Shown here piece by piece: positions 1-9,092 of a stretch of DNA of 64,000 nt. The DNA lies in the sequence record MW879341.1. One strand, written 5' to 3'. The notes under the pieces are model-generated. The model did not search any database, had not been told where the DNA came from, and worked only from the letters and a program-made list of their open reading frames with translations. The position numbers and the translations under genes are program-made. Numbering within the stretch: position 1 is the stretch's first letter; each line of letters opens with the position of its first letter.

Positions 1-149
1 AACCCTTTGTACTCACTGAGCATGTCTTACGCTTAGGTCGTGAACTCGGTGAGAACCTGAAAGAACATAAAGCCAAATACCCAGACTTCAATAAGTCTAT
101 TCTTTTACCATATGGAGAAAATCATGGGATTCGAATCATCTTCAAATAG
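1..149 (+). CDS. 3' end of a hypothetical gene running in from the left edge
   Basis: Frame starting at position 3 is open (PFVLTEHVLRLGRELGEN...RIIFK) to TAG at 147-149; not in the ORF track. Confidence 0.5.
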   Translation, partial: PFVLTEHVLRLGRELGENLKEHKAKYPDFNKSILLPYGENHGIRIIFK

Positions 150-798
150 TGGCAGTATCGTATTTAAAGGTAAGCCACTTACGCTTGACCAATTTGCCAA
201 AGTGATTGAGTTGAGTGAGTGTGACGGTAACGCTACAATTGAATCACCTTACGATACCGGCATCGTGCTGCGTGACTTGGTTGAAGCGCTTGACAATCCA
301 GAAGGGTTGGAAATCGTTATTCAGGAACCAACACCAACTGACTGGGGAACGGCTACTTTCATACGCGATGGGGTCGAACTCTATTCAGGCGGCCTGGACG
401 GGGAGATCGGTCTGGTTGATGCTGCACGTATACTGGATGGCGTTGGTGACCTGGAAGTAATGATGGCGGTTCAGGAACAGAGTTGGTCTGGTAGTGAAGT
501 GGGTGGTTGTTCTACATTCCTCTCCCCGCACTACGAACAACACACCGACACTGTAACGGCTCTGGCTGAGGCCAAGGCTATCAGTGATGCAATCGCCGCA
601 GGTGACGATGAAAAGGCCGGAGCGTTGATTGTAGAGCCTCTGTTGCGTAGTCTGAATAACATTCAGGATGAGGATGCTCGTAGCGCAGTTGCGGCGTACG
701 TTTACAGTAACGTGCCGATGGCAATGATGGATAGCTTTATGACGCCAGAAGACATCGAACGTACGATGAACGACGACTGTGGTTTCTCTCAAGACTAA
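124..798 (+). CDS. hypothetical acidic protein
   Basis: ORF 112..798; GGAG RBS favours ATG at 124. Confidence 0.75.
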   Translation: MGFESSSNSGSIVFKGKPLTLDQFAKVIELSECDGNATIESPYDTGIVLRDLVEALDNPEGLEIVIQEPTPTDWGTATFIRDGVELYSGGLDGEIGLVDAARILDGVGDLEVMMAVQEQSWSGSEVGGCSTFLSPHYEQHTDTVTALAEAKAISDAIAAGDDEKAGALIVEPLLRSLNNIQDEDARSAVAAYVYSNVPMAMMDSFMTPEDIERTMNDDCGFSQD

Positions 799-807
799 GA
801 GGTGGCT

Positions 808-1065
808 ATGTTAAAGAAAACGATTAAGGTCAACAAGATCCGACAGATTGTTACAACCTTAGACGGCGATGGTAAGACACCACTGTTCCCTAAGGGTTCT
901 GTGATTGCTGCGGTGTTGATGTATGAGTCTGTCGATTTAACGGACTTCTATAAAGCTGAGTCAGATGGTCCATTGCAGATTGAAACTGAGATCACGCATT
1001 CTGGTCGATTGGTTCAAGCACTCATCTACGGTAAACATACGCAGTTGTTACTTCAACCTAAATAA
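808..1065 (+). CDS. hypothetical protein
   Basis: ORF 802..1065; GAGG RBS favours ATG at 808; followed by a hairpin. Confidence 0.7.
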   Translation: MLKKTIKVNKIRQIVTTLDGDGKTPLFPKGSVIAAVLMYESVDLTDFYKAESDGPLQIETEITHSGRLVQALIYGKHTQLLLQPK

Positions 1066-1070
1066 AGCAA

Positions 1071-1105
1071 ACCCTCACCGTTAATTCGGTGGGGTCTGTT
1101 ATGCC
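1071..1105 (+). terminator. hairpin followed by TTATGC
   Basis: ACCCTCACCG-TTAATT-CGGTGGGGT then CTGTTATGCC and a T-run. Confidence 0.6.
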
Positions 1106-1127
1106 TATTCTTTTTTACACTTTACCG

Positions 1128-1164
1128 GTTTCATTAAATTTTCAGATATATATGACCTTTGTGA
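1128..1164 (+). promoter_or_regulatory. early-promoter-like conserved motif, copy 1
   Basis: GTTTCATTAAATTTTCAGATATATATGACCTTTGTGA, 35/37 identical to 58651..58687; resembles the phiKZ early consensus TATATTAC. Confidence 0.7.
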
Positions 1165-1200
1165 ATAAAGCGAAATAAACCATACGCCCTAGGAGAAATT

Positions 1201-1326
1201 ATGAACAACATGTCCTCTGGAACTATCGTTATTCTGGCCTCACTGGCTAGCTTCACAATTGTCGCTTGTGTCGGTATCGTAGCGCAAGCAATCGAACGTA
1301 CTTCTAAGCAACAAGCAACTAAATAA
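1201..1326 (+). CDS. 41-aa single-TM peptide (missing from the ORF track)
   Basis: AGGAGA RBS, MNNMSSGTIVILASLASFTIVACVGIVAQAIERTSKQQATK*, directly after the promoter motif. Confidence 0.7.
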   Translation: MNNMSSGTIVILASLASFTIVACVGIVAQAIERTSKQQATK

Positions 1327-1359
1327 TAACCACTCCACTTTAAAATAAGGAATACCTAT

Positions 1360-2037
1360 ATGTCATCTAACAACATCAACTGGTTCGGCGTAGCAGTAGC
1401 AGCAGCAGTAACTAGCCTGGGTATCTACGCAATCGTACGTTCATTCGCTGACGACGAGATCGAAGTAAAACCAACCGCGAGTGAAACTAAAACAGACTCA
1501 GTGAAGTCTGAGGTGTATGCTAAACGTGCGGTCAACGATCTCTATCGTGACCTACTGGATTCAGCAAAAGCAATGTACGGTGACCTCCAGAGCGATACCA
1601 CCCTTACTAAAGAAAGTAAGAAAGAGAAGTTCGAAGCACTGATGGTTTCACTGGTAGAAGCACATCTGAACATTAACGACTGCAAGCTGGACGAGAACCG
1701 CACCTACGTTAAGTGGTTGCGTGACATGCGTATCGAGAACCCTGAGTTCTGGGAACGTGTTATCCGTAAATCAGCAGACACTGGTGCAGAAGGCGCTAAG
1801 TCTATCTACGCAATCGTCGTGGCAATTAACTTCAGCAACATGAATGCTCCGGTAGAAGCGGTTGCTTTAACTGTGGCTGACTTAAATACTTGCCTGACTG
1901 TGGAAGATGCTAAAGCGGTTGGTCTGGAGTTACCAGAAGGTGAGTACACCGTTACCGTTGAGAGCATTGTTGATATCCCTGCTAAGGTAGTATTCCTGAG
2001 CAAGACTCACCGTGTTGTAGTTACCGAGACAGTATAA
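1360..2037 (+). CDS. hypothetical protein with N-terminal membrane anchor
   Basis: WFGVAVAAAVTSLGIYAIVR hydrophobic segment; AAGGA RBS. Confidence 0.8.
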   Translation: MSSNNINWFGVAVAAAVTSLGIYAIVRSFADDEIEVKPTASETKTDSVKSEVYAKRAVNDLYRDLLDSAKAMYGDLQSDTTLTKESKKEKFEALMVSLVEAHLNINDCKLDENRTYVKWLRDMRIENPEFWERVIRKSADTGAEGAKSIYAIVVAINFSNMNAPVEAVALTVADLNTCLTVEDAKAVGLELPEGEYTVTVESIVDIPAKVVFLSKTHRVVVTETV

Positions 2038-2044
2038 GGAGAAT

Positions 2045-2353
2045 ATGGAAAAGTTAATACGTGATGGTAAAGTGGCTGTGGTGTTCTCACCAGGCCACTC
2101 TGGTTCTTATGTCTACGACCACCAACTTCCACCGGATGCGTGCTTTAACGTTAAGGTGATTAAGGTTGTGTTGGGTGAGTCACGTACGTCGTTAGAGAAG
2201 ACTCTCAAGAAAGAGTTCCCTGACGCTACGTTCTACTCCCCACCTGAACTAGAGGTGGAGTGGATTGATGTAGGTCGTGAGTTCTTTATCCGCGAGTATG
2301 AGTCAGCGGAAAGTATCATCTACAAAGATACGGTTCCCTGGATCACGGCATAA
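2045..2353 (+). CDS. conserved phage hypothetical protein
   Basis: MEKLIRDGKVAVVFSPG...FFIREYESAES pattern recalled from a widespread small phage family; AGGAGA RBS. Confidence 0.7.
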   Translation: MEKLIRDGKVAVVFSPGHSGSYVYDHQLPPDACFNVKVIKVVLGESRTSLEKTLKKEFPDATFYSPPELEVEWIDVGREFFIREYESAESIIYKDTVPWITA

Positions 2354-2355
2354 CA

Positions 2356-2413
2356 GCATAAAACCCTCACTCCCCTAATCGGGAGTGAGGAGTTTATCGA
2401 CTTCTTTTTTTTT
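2356..2413. terminator. bidirectional terminator between convergent genes
   Basis: GCATAAAA, stem CCTCACTCCC/GGGAGTGAGG, then a T-run. Confidence 0.75.
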
Positions 2414-2426
2414 GTCCGTTTCGAAC

Positions 2427-3299
2427 TTAGTTGTTCGGCGTTACAAAGTTACGAGAAGCTTCGTTGACTTGCTCCGTGTATCCATTGTCGGCAGCCAGTA
2501 CGTCAGCGTCGATAGCGGATACGAAGGCGTCACGCAGGTTCGGGTTGGTACCCGTCAGGTTCATGGATTCCAGAACACGCTGTGCGAAGTTCTGAACACC
2601 AACACCTACCTGAGTGATAGCCGTGAACTCAACAGAGTACGTCAGAGACTCACCGCCCTGAGTAAGGTCACGAGTACCTTCCACCTGGCCGCCAGTTTTC
2701 GGACGCATGTTGGTGCACAACCATGCCTTCTGGATAGTAGTGAACGTTGGGTCTGGCTCGAAGTACAGAACAGTTGCAGACGTGTAGTCTGGCAGCATGT
2801 CAGTAGGACGAGAACTCGCAGAACGAGTCACCACGTTTGCTACTTTGGTGATTGGGTCCATGATCAGGTTAGTGATCCACCCTTCGAGGAATTTGTTAAA
2901 CGGCATGCCGTATTTCTCGATGAGGGTGTGTACCGGCACACTACGCTCACGCGTAACGTTACTGGTATCTTCCTGCATGTTGCCATCACCGCCCATGGCA
3001 TTCTCAACGTTTTCGACGGTGATCGTAGAACGAAGACCTTCGATACGCTGGGAGTGCTTCTCGATGATTGCTTTCAGCGCCTCAACCCAATACTGCGGCG
3101 ACTCCAGATCACGGAAGCCCCGTGGGGCCTCGATCAGGATAGCGACGATATTGCGGCTGACGTATGCGCTGTTATTTACCCAGAAGCGGAAGTCGTTCAT
3201 GTGCCCGTTCTGGGCACCTTCAGCGACGTCGACTACCGGAACGTGCGAGTATTCAGCATAGGCGTGTTTGCCCATGATGGTATCAGCGTGACGTGCCAT
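2427..3299 (-). CDS. phiKZ-type tail tube protein
   Basis: 290 aa, coupled directly behind the sheath gene (shared base at 3299); the sheath-tube order and size match phiKZ-related phages. Confidence 0.8.
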   Translation of the reverse strand: MARHADTIMGKHAYAEYSHVPVVDVAEGAQNGHMNDFRFWVNNSAYVSRNIVAILIEAPRGFRDLESPQYWVEALKAIIEKHSQRIEGLRSTITVENVENAMGGDGNMQEDTSNVTRERSVPVHTLIEKYGMPFNKFLEGWITNLIMDPITKVANVVTRSASSRPTDMLPDYTSATVLYFEPDPTFTTIQKAWLCTNMRPKTGGQVEGTRDLTQGGESLTYSVEFTAITQVGVGVQNFAQRVLESMNLTGTNPNLRDAFVSAIDADVLAADNGYTEQVNEASRNFVTPNN

Positions 3300-5374
3300 T
3301 ATGCGGTAAGCTCCTCTTGACGATGGGCTTCGATCGTGAAGCTACCAACAGTTTTCATGTTGTTAGCGTACACTTTGATATTACAGGTCCAACTGAAGCC
3401 GCGAGCGTCATCCATGTCGGTGTAGTACGTATCCGGGACGATAATCACACGGTTGTCGAAACGACGCTCGGTGAGTTCCAGGATCAGTTCGTTAGAACGC
3501 TGAGCGAACTGTTCGTTCGTCAGGTCACTACGGCCGGTCAGACGAGCCCAAACACGCACACAGACTTTCTCCAGCTCGCCGAAGATCATCATGGTCGGTA
3601 CGCTGTTCAGAACAGACGTATCGTCGTTGTATGCAGTTTGCAGTCCAGGGTAGAACAGTGCATCGTCCTGGTCGAAGGATTCAACCCACACCAAACCGTT
3701 TGACCAGTCCGCATTACGAACGGTTTCGGTTTTGAAGGTGCAGTTGACGTCTTTCAACAGGGTTACGAGGTTGTTCGGGTTAACGTCAGGTGCAGAACCT
3801 GAAGTCAGTGAACCACGAGCGTTACCCGCGTAAGCAGACAGCTTGTCACCCAGGTCAACAGTCATCGGTACCAGCTTACGGTACTTAGAGTTGATCAGGT
3901 GGCCAGAGTGACCCACGATTACCGCACGCATCACAGGAGTACCGTAGTACTCTGACTCTGGGTGCAGGCTAGCCTGCGTTTGCAGAATGGTCGCCATAGA
4001 CGATTCTTCAGCAACGCCGTTCTGAGGCAGCGCGATATCCTGAGTAGAAGCGATAACCGCAATGTCTTTACGGGCAGACAGAACCTGGAACAGCTTGAAC
4101 TTGTTCGTGCTGTCGAAACCAGTGTCATAGATGGTGCTCTGTGGGAACTTCAGGCGGTTGCCCAGCTGCCACGGACCTTCAGCGTAATCTTCGCAGATAT
4201 TACCTACGGAGACATCGAACGCGTCTTTGGACATCGTACCGTCACCACCACCTGCTGCGTAGTACAGCGTGTTTTCGGTTAACGGTGATGCGCCATCGTT
4301 CGCACCCAACACTTCAATGGCGTAATAAGGAATGCCAGAGTAGTGTACGCCGGATACGAAGTTGATCAGGTGGAACGCGTCTGGGTCAGTGGTTACTGCC
4401 AGTTCGGTGTTCACAGGCTGCTCAACAGCGTACAGCATTTTCAGCAGGTCGTTCAGGTTGGTTTCGTACAGGTACGAAGCATTGAACGGACCCCAACGAC
4501 GAGGCTGACCATTCTGCGTGTTCAGGTTACGGTATTTGTCCAGCACGCTGGTTTCAAATCCGAACTCAACACCAGTCTTCGAGTCGACAACGTCGTCACG
4601 GAAACTGAAGTCTACGAACTCAGCGCCTTGCAGGGTACGAACAGTTTTACCTGAAGTACGAGCATTGTCGCGAGCTACGAAACGCAGACGGTACAGCTGA
4701 GCACGCTGATCTTCAACAACACGGCTATTAACCGGAGTGGTTGATTCTACAGTAGGTGCCCACAGTGCCAGGCCACGGTTGTTACCGGCAGCACCGAAGA
4801 AGCTGGTTTGGAATTCCAGGATCGGATAGATCGTGGATTGCTTGTTGTTTTTGTCAGTCAGTTTACCTGCGACTTTCTTGGCCACGCCAAGTTTACCGCC
4901 AGCTGCTGAACTAACAACCCACTGCATGCGAATACCCGGCTGGGTTTTACCCGTTGGGATACGCTTGCCAGCAGCATCGAGTTTGTAGCTACCGTCTGTA
5001 TTACGCGTGTACTGAGTCACGTCGGTTTGCAGAACGTCAAGTGACAGAGTCACAGTAGCTGGATCTGGGGCATCCTCTGGACGGATACGCTGGAAGACCA
5101 TGGCGTTGTTACGCGCGAGCATACGGTCGATCAGCGGCCACTGGTGCTGAGTGTACGCACCGCGCGGCTCAAAGGTCTCCTGCCCATAAAGGTTGTTTGC
5201 GGTAGAGCCAACAACCAGCGTCGGATTCTCTGGACCCCATGCCGCGTAACTGAATACGTGCGGCAAGTGAATCGGAACACTGTTCGATTCGTAGGGGAGA
5301 GTCCGTTTGGACTGGTCATCAACACCCAGCAGGATTGCTCTTGGAAAAGCATTCTGAATCTGAGACATCGACAA
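3299..5374 (-). CDS. phiKZ-type contractile tail sheath protein
   Basis: 691 aa; N-terminal P-x-H-L-P...WGP and C-terminal YDTGF...RKD, YPxLQTAY motifs typical of phiKZ gp29-like sheaths. Confidence 0.85.
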   Translation of the reverse strand: MSMSQIQNAFPRAILLGVDDQSKRTLPYESNSVPIHLPHVFSYAAWGPENPTLVVGSTANNLYGQETFEPRGAYTQHQWPLIDRMLARNNAMVFQRIRPEDAPDPATVTLSLDVLQTDVTQYTRNTDGSYKLDAAGKRIPTGKTQPGIRMQWVVSSAAGGKLGVAKKVAGKLTDKNNKQSTIYPILEFQTSFFGAAGNNRGLALWAPTVESTTPVNSRVVEDQRAQLYRLRFVARDNARTSGKTVRTLQGAEFVDFSFRDDVVDSKTGVEFGFETSVLDKYRNLNTQNGQPRRWGPFNASYLYETNLNDLLKMLYAVEQPVNTELAVTTDPDAFHLINFVSGVHYSGIPYYAIEVLGANDGASPLTENTLYYAAGGGDGTMSKDAFDVSVGNICEDYAEGPWQLGNRLKFPQSTIYDTGFDSTNKFKLFQVLSARKDIAVIASTQDIALPQNGVAEESSMATILQTQASLHPESEYYGTPVMRAVIVGHSGHLINSKYRKLVPMTVDLGDKLSAYAGNARGSLTSGSAPDVNPNNLVTLLKDVNCTFKTETVRNADWSNGLVWVESFDQDDALFYPGLQTAYNDDTSVLNSVPTMMIFGELEKVCVRVWARLTGRSDLTNEQFAQRSNELILELTERRFDNRVIIVPDTYYTDMDDARGFSWTCNIKVYANNMKTVGSFTIEAHRQEELTA

Positions 5375-5402
5375 ATCTCCTGGAAATGAATTCTGAGCCT
5401 AA

Positions 5403-5420
5403 CTCTACACCGGTGTAGAG
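5403..5420. promoter_or_regulatory. perfect 18-bp palindrome in a divergent intergenic region
   Basis: CTCTACACCGGTGTAGAG is its own reverse complement. Confidence 0.5.
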
Positions 5421-5577
5421 AAAAGCCTACTTGCACTACTTACTACTTTTGTGTACACAACCGCCGCCACTCCGGAGTGAGGACACCCTAAGGTGTAAAT
5501 GTTATGGTTCAGGCGATTTATCACACTTCATAGTCATTAGTAAAAAAATACACAGTATTTACATTACCACAGAGGTT

Positions 5578-6513
5578 ATGCTCATGTTTAAAAGTCCTTA
5601 TGATACTACCACCGCTAAGGCATATAACGTCTTAGAGCTGGAACACAGCGTGGAACAAGCTCGCGTTGAAGGCGGTCTGGTCTCTGGCTTGGTAGACGGT
5701 GCGCCTAACGTCTACTGCATTCTGGAAACTGGTTTGGTTGACACCTACCCGCATCCATTGACATTCCAGTCACGCCTGAAGAACGATTTGATTACCGTGA
5801 TTGACCTGACTCCTTTCCGCAGTCAGATTCGTCGCCAGTCGGATTCTAAGCTTGAATTGCCAAGCTCTGGTCCGATTCCATTGGCTCTGATGCGTGGTCG
5901 CTTACAGCAGCTCTGGAGCACTCCAAGCAGTCCTGACCTGTACGGCATCAGCATCTTACCACACGCTGTATTTGCAGCCTGGGTTGGTGACAACGTGTCT
6001 CGCGTACTGTCGCTGGATGCGGAAGCAAGTGTTGCAGTTACTGCTGTTGCTGGTCTGTGGTACTGGTGTCAGTTCCAGGACTACGCTGCCGGTGAAACAT
6101 TCTCAGATCGCGACTTCGTTCAGATCTGTACCGCAATTGAGAAAGCCACGCGCGTGCCGCTGGCTCGCCTGATGGACTACCTTACACACTGGAACAAACC
6201 AATCAACAACGCTACTGACTTTGTAGCTGCTGTGAAGGCATGTTCTAACTCACTGCGTACTGAACGCCTGTCTGTAGGAAGTTTCTATACTTCCATGGTT
6301 GGTGGTTGGTTCGGGTCTCTGGATACTCGTGAGGTTGTGGGTGTTGCCCTGGAGTTCCCACCAACGTTCATTGCGATGGTTTGGAGTTCTATCAACGAAC
6401 GCACTTACCGTAAAACGCCAATCGGTGAGAAAGTCCTGTACCTGGGCAAGAACGGTCTGGACCGTGAGTTTATCAACAGCCTGGGCAAAACGCTGAATCG
6501 CGCTGGGGGTTAA
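5578..6513 (+). CDS. conserved phiKZ-like protein (probably virion-associated)
   Basis: ORF 5431..6513 with GAGG RBS before ATG 5578; syntenic position between sheath and terminase block. Confidence 0.7.
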   Translation: MLMFKSPYDTTTAKAYNVLELEHSVEQARVEGGLVSGLVDGAPNVYCILETGLVDTYPHPLTFQSRLKNDLITVIDLTPFRSQIRRQSDSKLELPSSGPIPLALMRGRLQQLWSTPSSPDLYGISILPHAVFAAWVGDNVSRVLSLDAEASVAVTAVAGLWYWCQFQDYAAGETFSDRDFVQICTAIEKATRVPLARLMDYLTHWNKPINNATDFVAAVKACSNSLRTERLSVGSFYTSMVGGWFGSLDTREVVGVALEFPPTFIAMVWSSINERTYRKTPIGEKVLYLGKNGLDREFINSLGKTLNRAGG

Positions 6514-6516
6514 TGT

Positions 6517-9087
6517 ATGGAGCTGCAAGAGGCACTCCGTCAGTTTGCAGTAAAGAATATCTGGTGCAGTCCTCTTCAGGACCATCAAGCGATTTTTAAA
6601 CTTGCACGACTGACTGATTTCGGCGGTGTATGGAACCGCTTTAAGATTGAGTGGACGACACTGAACTTACCTGAGACTGACGCGCCGTTCCACGTCTATC
6701 AGATCGGTCAGAACTGTCCATTCGATATCGGCTTGTTCCCACAGCGTGGTTTATGGATTAAGCTTTCTGACTTGTGTACTACACGGTCAATGATTGCTGA
6801 CCTATACCTCGACAACGGTGTTCAGATTCCCCGTTCACAAAGTTACGTCTGTCGTACGAGCGATAAGAACTTTATCCTCTGCGTAAAAGAGGTGCTGAGT
6901 ATCTCAGACCTTAATAATGAAACACTGAATCTGCGTTTGTACTCAGACCAGTATTTCTCAAGCAGTCGTGGTGAAGCTCGTCGCAGTAAGTTGGTCTGCA
7001 ATGGGATGCGTATGACTAACATGTCTGACATCAATGCGATGCAGGCTGAAGTACAGGCAATCAAGCCAGCCTTTGGTTACGTGAACATCTGGCACAATGG
7101 TCGTTACGTCAATAATATCTCACCAGCTAAAGTTCAGATCGGTGATTACGTTGAATATCTCTACGACCCATCGATTGCAGCGGTCATCGACTTCCCACTT
7201 TCGTCCTTACCTGCATTCCGCAGTAAACTGGACCAACTGGATAAGTTCATCCTACATCCACCCAAACGCGGTGATGCTTCTATCTACTATCGGGACGATG
7301 TTGACATCTTCTTGATTAAGAAAGAAGCGGGAGATTATGTGAATGGTATCTACTACCACCGTAATAATGAAAACTCCCTCAGGATGCTCACTCATCGTGA
7401 CTACAGCATCCCCTCAGCGTATGTAACGGGTTATGTGAAAGATGACCTGCGTTGGAAGAACAACGCGTCAGGATTGATTGTACGCGTTCAGGTAAGGGAG
7501 TCGGGTTACAGCCGTAAACTGGTTCACGAGATCAACCGCATCCACGAAATCTACAAACTCCCCGATGCGAAGATCTTACGCGCATTCCAGGGATTGGATT
7601 CGACTCTTAAAGAGTGGACTGCTGATTGGTTAGAGTCTGCCAACTATCCGTACGTGATGTCTTGCTGGTATCCTGAAGTCACTCCGGCTAAAGTCATCGA
7701 CGCTATGGGTTACAACAGTATCGCTGAATTTGTTGCTGCTACGCCTACTGCGGTGGTGCATACGAACGAAGGGATTAACTATGTCGACTTACCGTGGGGG
7801 TTGCAAGAAAACGCCACCATGTACGAGTACGATGCAGATGGTCTACTGTTGGGATTCTATTACCATCCGTACGGTGCACGCTACTACACAGAGAATGCTA
7901 ATGCTGAACTGGTAGAGGGTGTTTGTGGGCAGGGGACTCAGGACGTAGAGGCTTATTACGGTAAAGTGCCATTGACACTCGACCCTCTGAAAAGTTATCG
8001 CTTCTATATCTCTGACGTGGCAGGTGGTGGTACGCAGAATAACTGGCGTGAAGTTAAAGAGGCAGATGGCTTCTTTAAGATCGTCGACTCCGTTGTACAG
8101 TGGAGTTACGATGAATCTCGTAAGGTAGGTTGTGTGGTGACGGACTCTAAGTTCTTAGCCTACACTGTTGAACTGGAACAGCCTGACGGCTTCTTCCGTT
8201 TCCACCTGAACTACACCGATGTGCAAGGTGTGGTAATGGAACTGCCGGTTGGTAAGATCGAACTGTGGCTTGGAGGTCCGGGTAAACCGTCTCGCGCTTT
8301 AGTTCCAGGGTTAGACTATTTTGTCAACTACCCTGAGATCGTTATCGTAAACAAGGAATGGTTAAACGTCGATGGTGTAAACCTCGTGACCGTTCGTTGT
8401 ACAGATTGGGCACAAGCCGATGGGAGTATGTTACCTGTCGCTGATGCTGGCTTCGTACAGCATGGCTTACTGTCTAACGATAAGATCTACCAGATTCGCG
8501 ATGACCACGTTATTCGCTGTGTGGCTGACGGACGTACTTTCATTCGTGACAAGTTGGTATTCGCTGAGCAGAAATACGGACTGAAGCTTAAAGATACAGC
8601 AAACGTCTTAGATGGTCGTCCTTACTGGATTACCGACATGCGTATTCCATTCACTGGGATTCCGCAAGCTAAGGTGGAAGCGTTACGTGTCCAAGCAGCA
8701 GACGTAGACAAACGAGCTGGCGATTACCTGGCCAAACAGTTCACCCCACCGACATTCGACCAGCCTCCATTTATTAAATGGCGCTACCGTCTGTACAGTC
8801 CGGTGATCACCAAACTGGTTAGTGATATTATTCGTGGATGGTTCGTACCGCCGCAAATGCCGTGTCCTGACCAGGTTGTGATGGAAAGTTTCAAGGACTA
8901 CGAGTATATCCTGCCATACGATCCTGCTCGTTTGCAGATCACCCAGGAATACGTCACTGTACACCCACACCCGTGGAGTAAAACCCGGACAGTGACACAG
9001 AGTCAGTATCTGTATCTGAAGAAGATTACAGAGCTGTATCTGAACGACCTCGTGGACATCACCCAATTCTTAACAATTAAGGGTTAA
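6517..9087 (+). CDS. large virion structural protein (phiKZ core block, baseplate/tail-associated by synteny)
   Basis: 856 aa; N-terminal NIWCSPxQD motif; second gene upstream of terminase. Confidence 0.7.
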   Translation: MELQEALRQFAVKNIWCSPLQDHQAIFKLARLTDFGGVWNRFKIEWTTLNLPETDAPFHVYQIGQNCPFDIGLFPQRGLWIKLSDLCTTRSMIADLYLDNGVQIPRSQSYVCRTSDKNFILCVKEVLSISDLNNETLNLRLYSDQYFSSSRGEARRSKLVCNGMRMTNMSDINAMQAEVQAIKPAFGYVNIWHNGRYVNNISPAKVQIGDYVEYLYDPSIAAVIDFPLSSLPAFRSKLDQLDKFILHPPKRGDASIYYRDDVDIFLIKKEAGDYVNGIYYHRNNENSLRMLTHRDYSIPSAYVTGYVKDDLRWKNNASGLIVRVQVRESGYSRKLVHEINRIHEIYKLPDAKILRAFQGLDSTLKEWTADWLESANYPYVMSCWYPEVTPAKVIDAMGYNSIAEFVAATPTAVVHTNEGINYVDLPWGLQENATMYEYDADGLLLGFYYHPYGARYYTENANAELVEGVCGQGTQDVEAYYGKVPLTLDPLKSYRFYISDVAGGGTQNNWREVKEADGFFKIVDSVVQWSYDESRKVGCVVTDSKFLAYTVELEQPDGFFRFHLNYTDVQGVVMELPVGKIELWLGGPGKPSRALVPGLDYFVNYPEIVIVNKEWLNVDGVNLVTVRCTDWAQADGSMLPVADAGFVQHGLLSNDKIYQIRDDHVIRCVADGRTFIRDKLVFAEQKYGLKLKDTANVLDGRPYWITDMRIPFTGIPQAKVEALRVQAADVDKRAGDYLAKQFTPPTFDQPPFIKWRYRLYSPVITKLVSDIIRGWFVPPQMPCPDQVVMESFKDYEYILPYDPARLQITQEYVTVHPHPWSKTRTVTQSQYLYLKKITELYLNDLVDITQFLTIKG

Positions 9088-9092
9088 TTTCA

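Noticed and set aside
2385-3320. 311-aa plus-strand ORF antisense to the tail tube (similar shadows at 9753..10427, 29238..29732, 24950..25477 and others)
   Set aside because: It mirrors a real gene with biased codon usage, has no RBS or motifs, and is Arg/Ser/Val/His-rich as antisense shadows usually are.
5431-5577. N-terminal 49 codons of track ORF 5431..6513
   Set aside because: The sequence is AT-rich and intergenic-like, and the RBS points to ATG 5578; the same reasoning trims the starts at 20144, 47064, 55068, 55959, 56899 and 57230.
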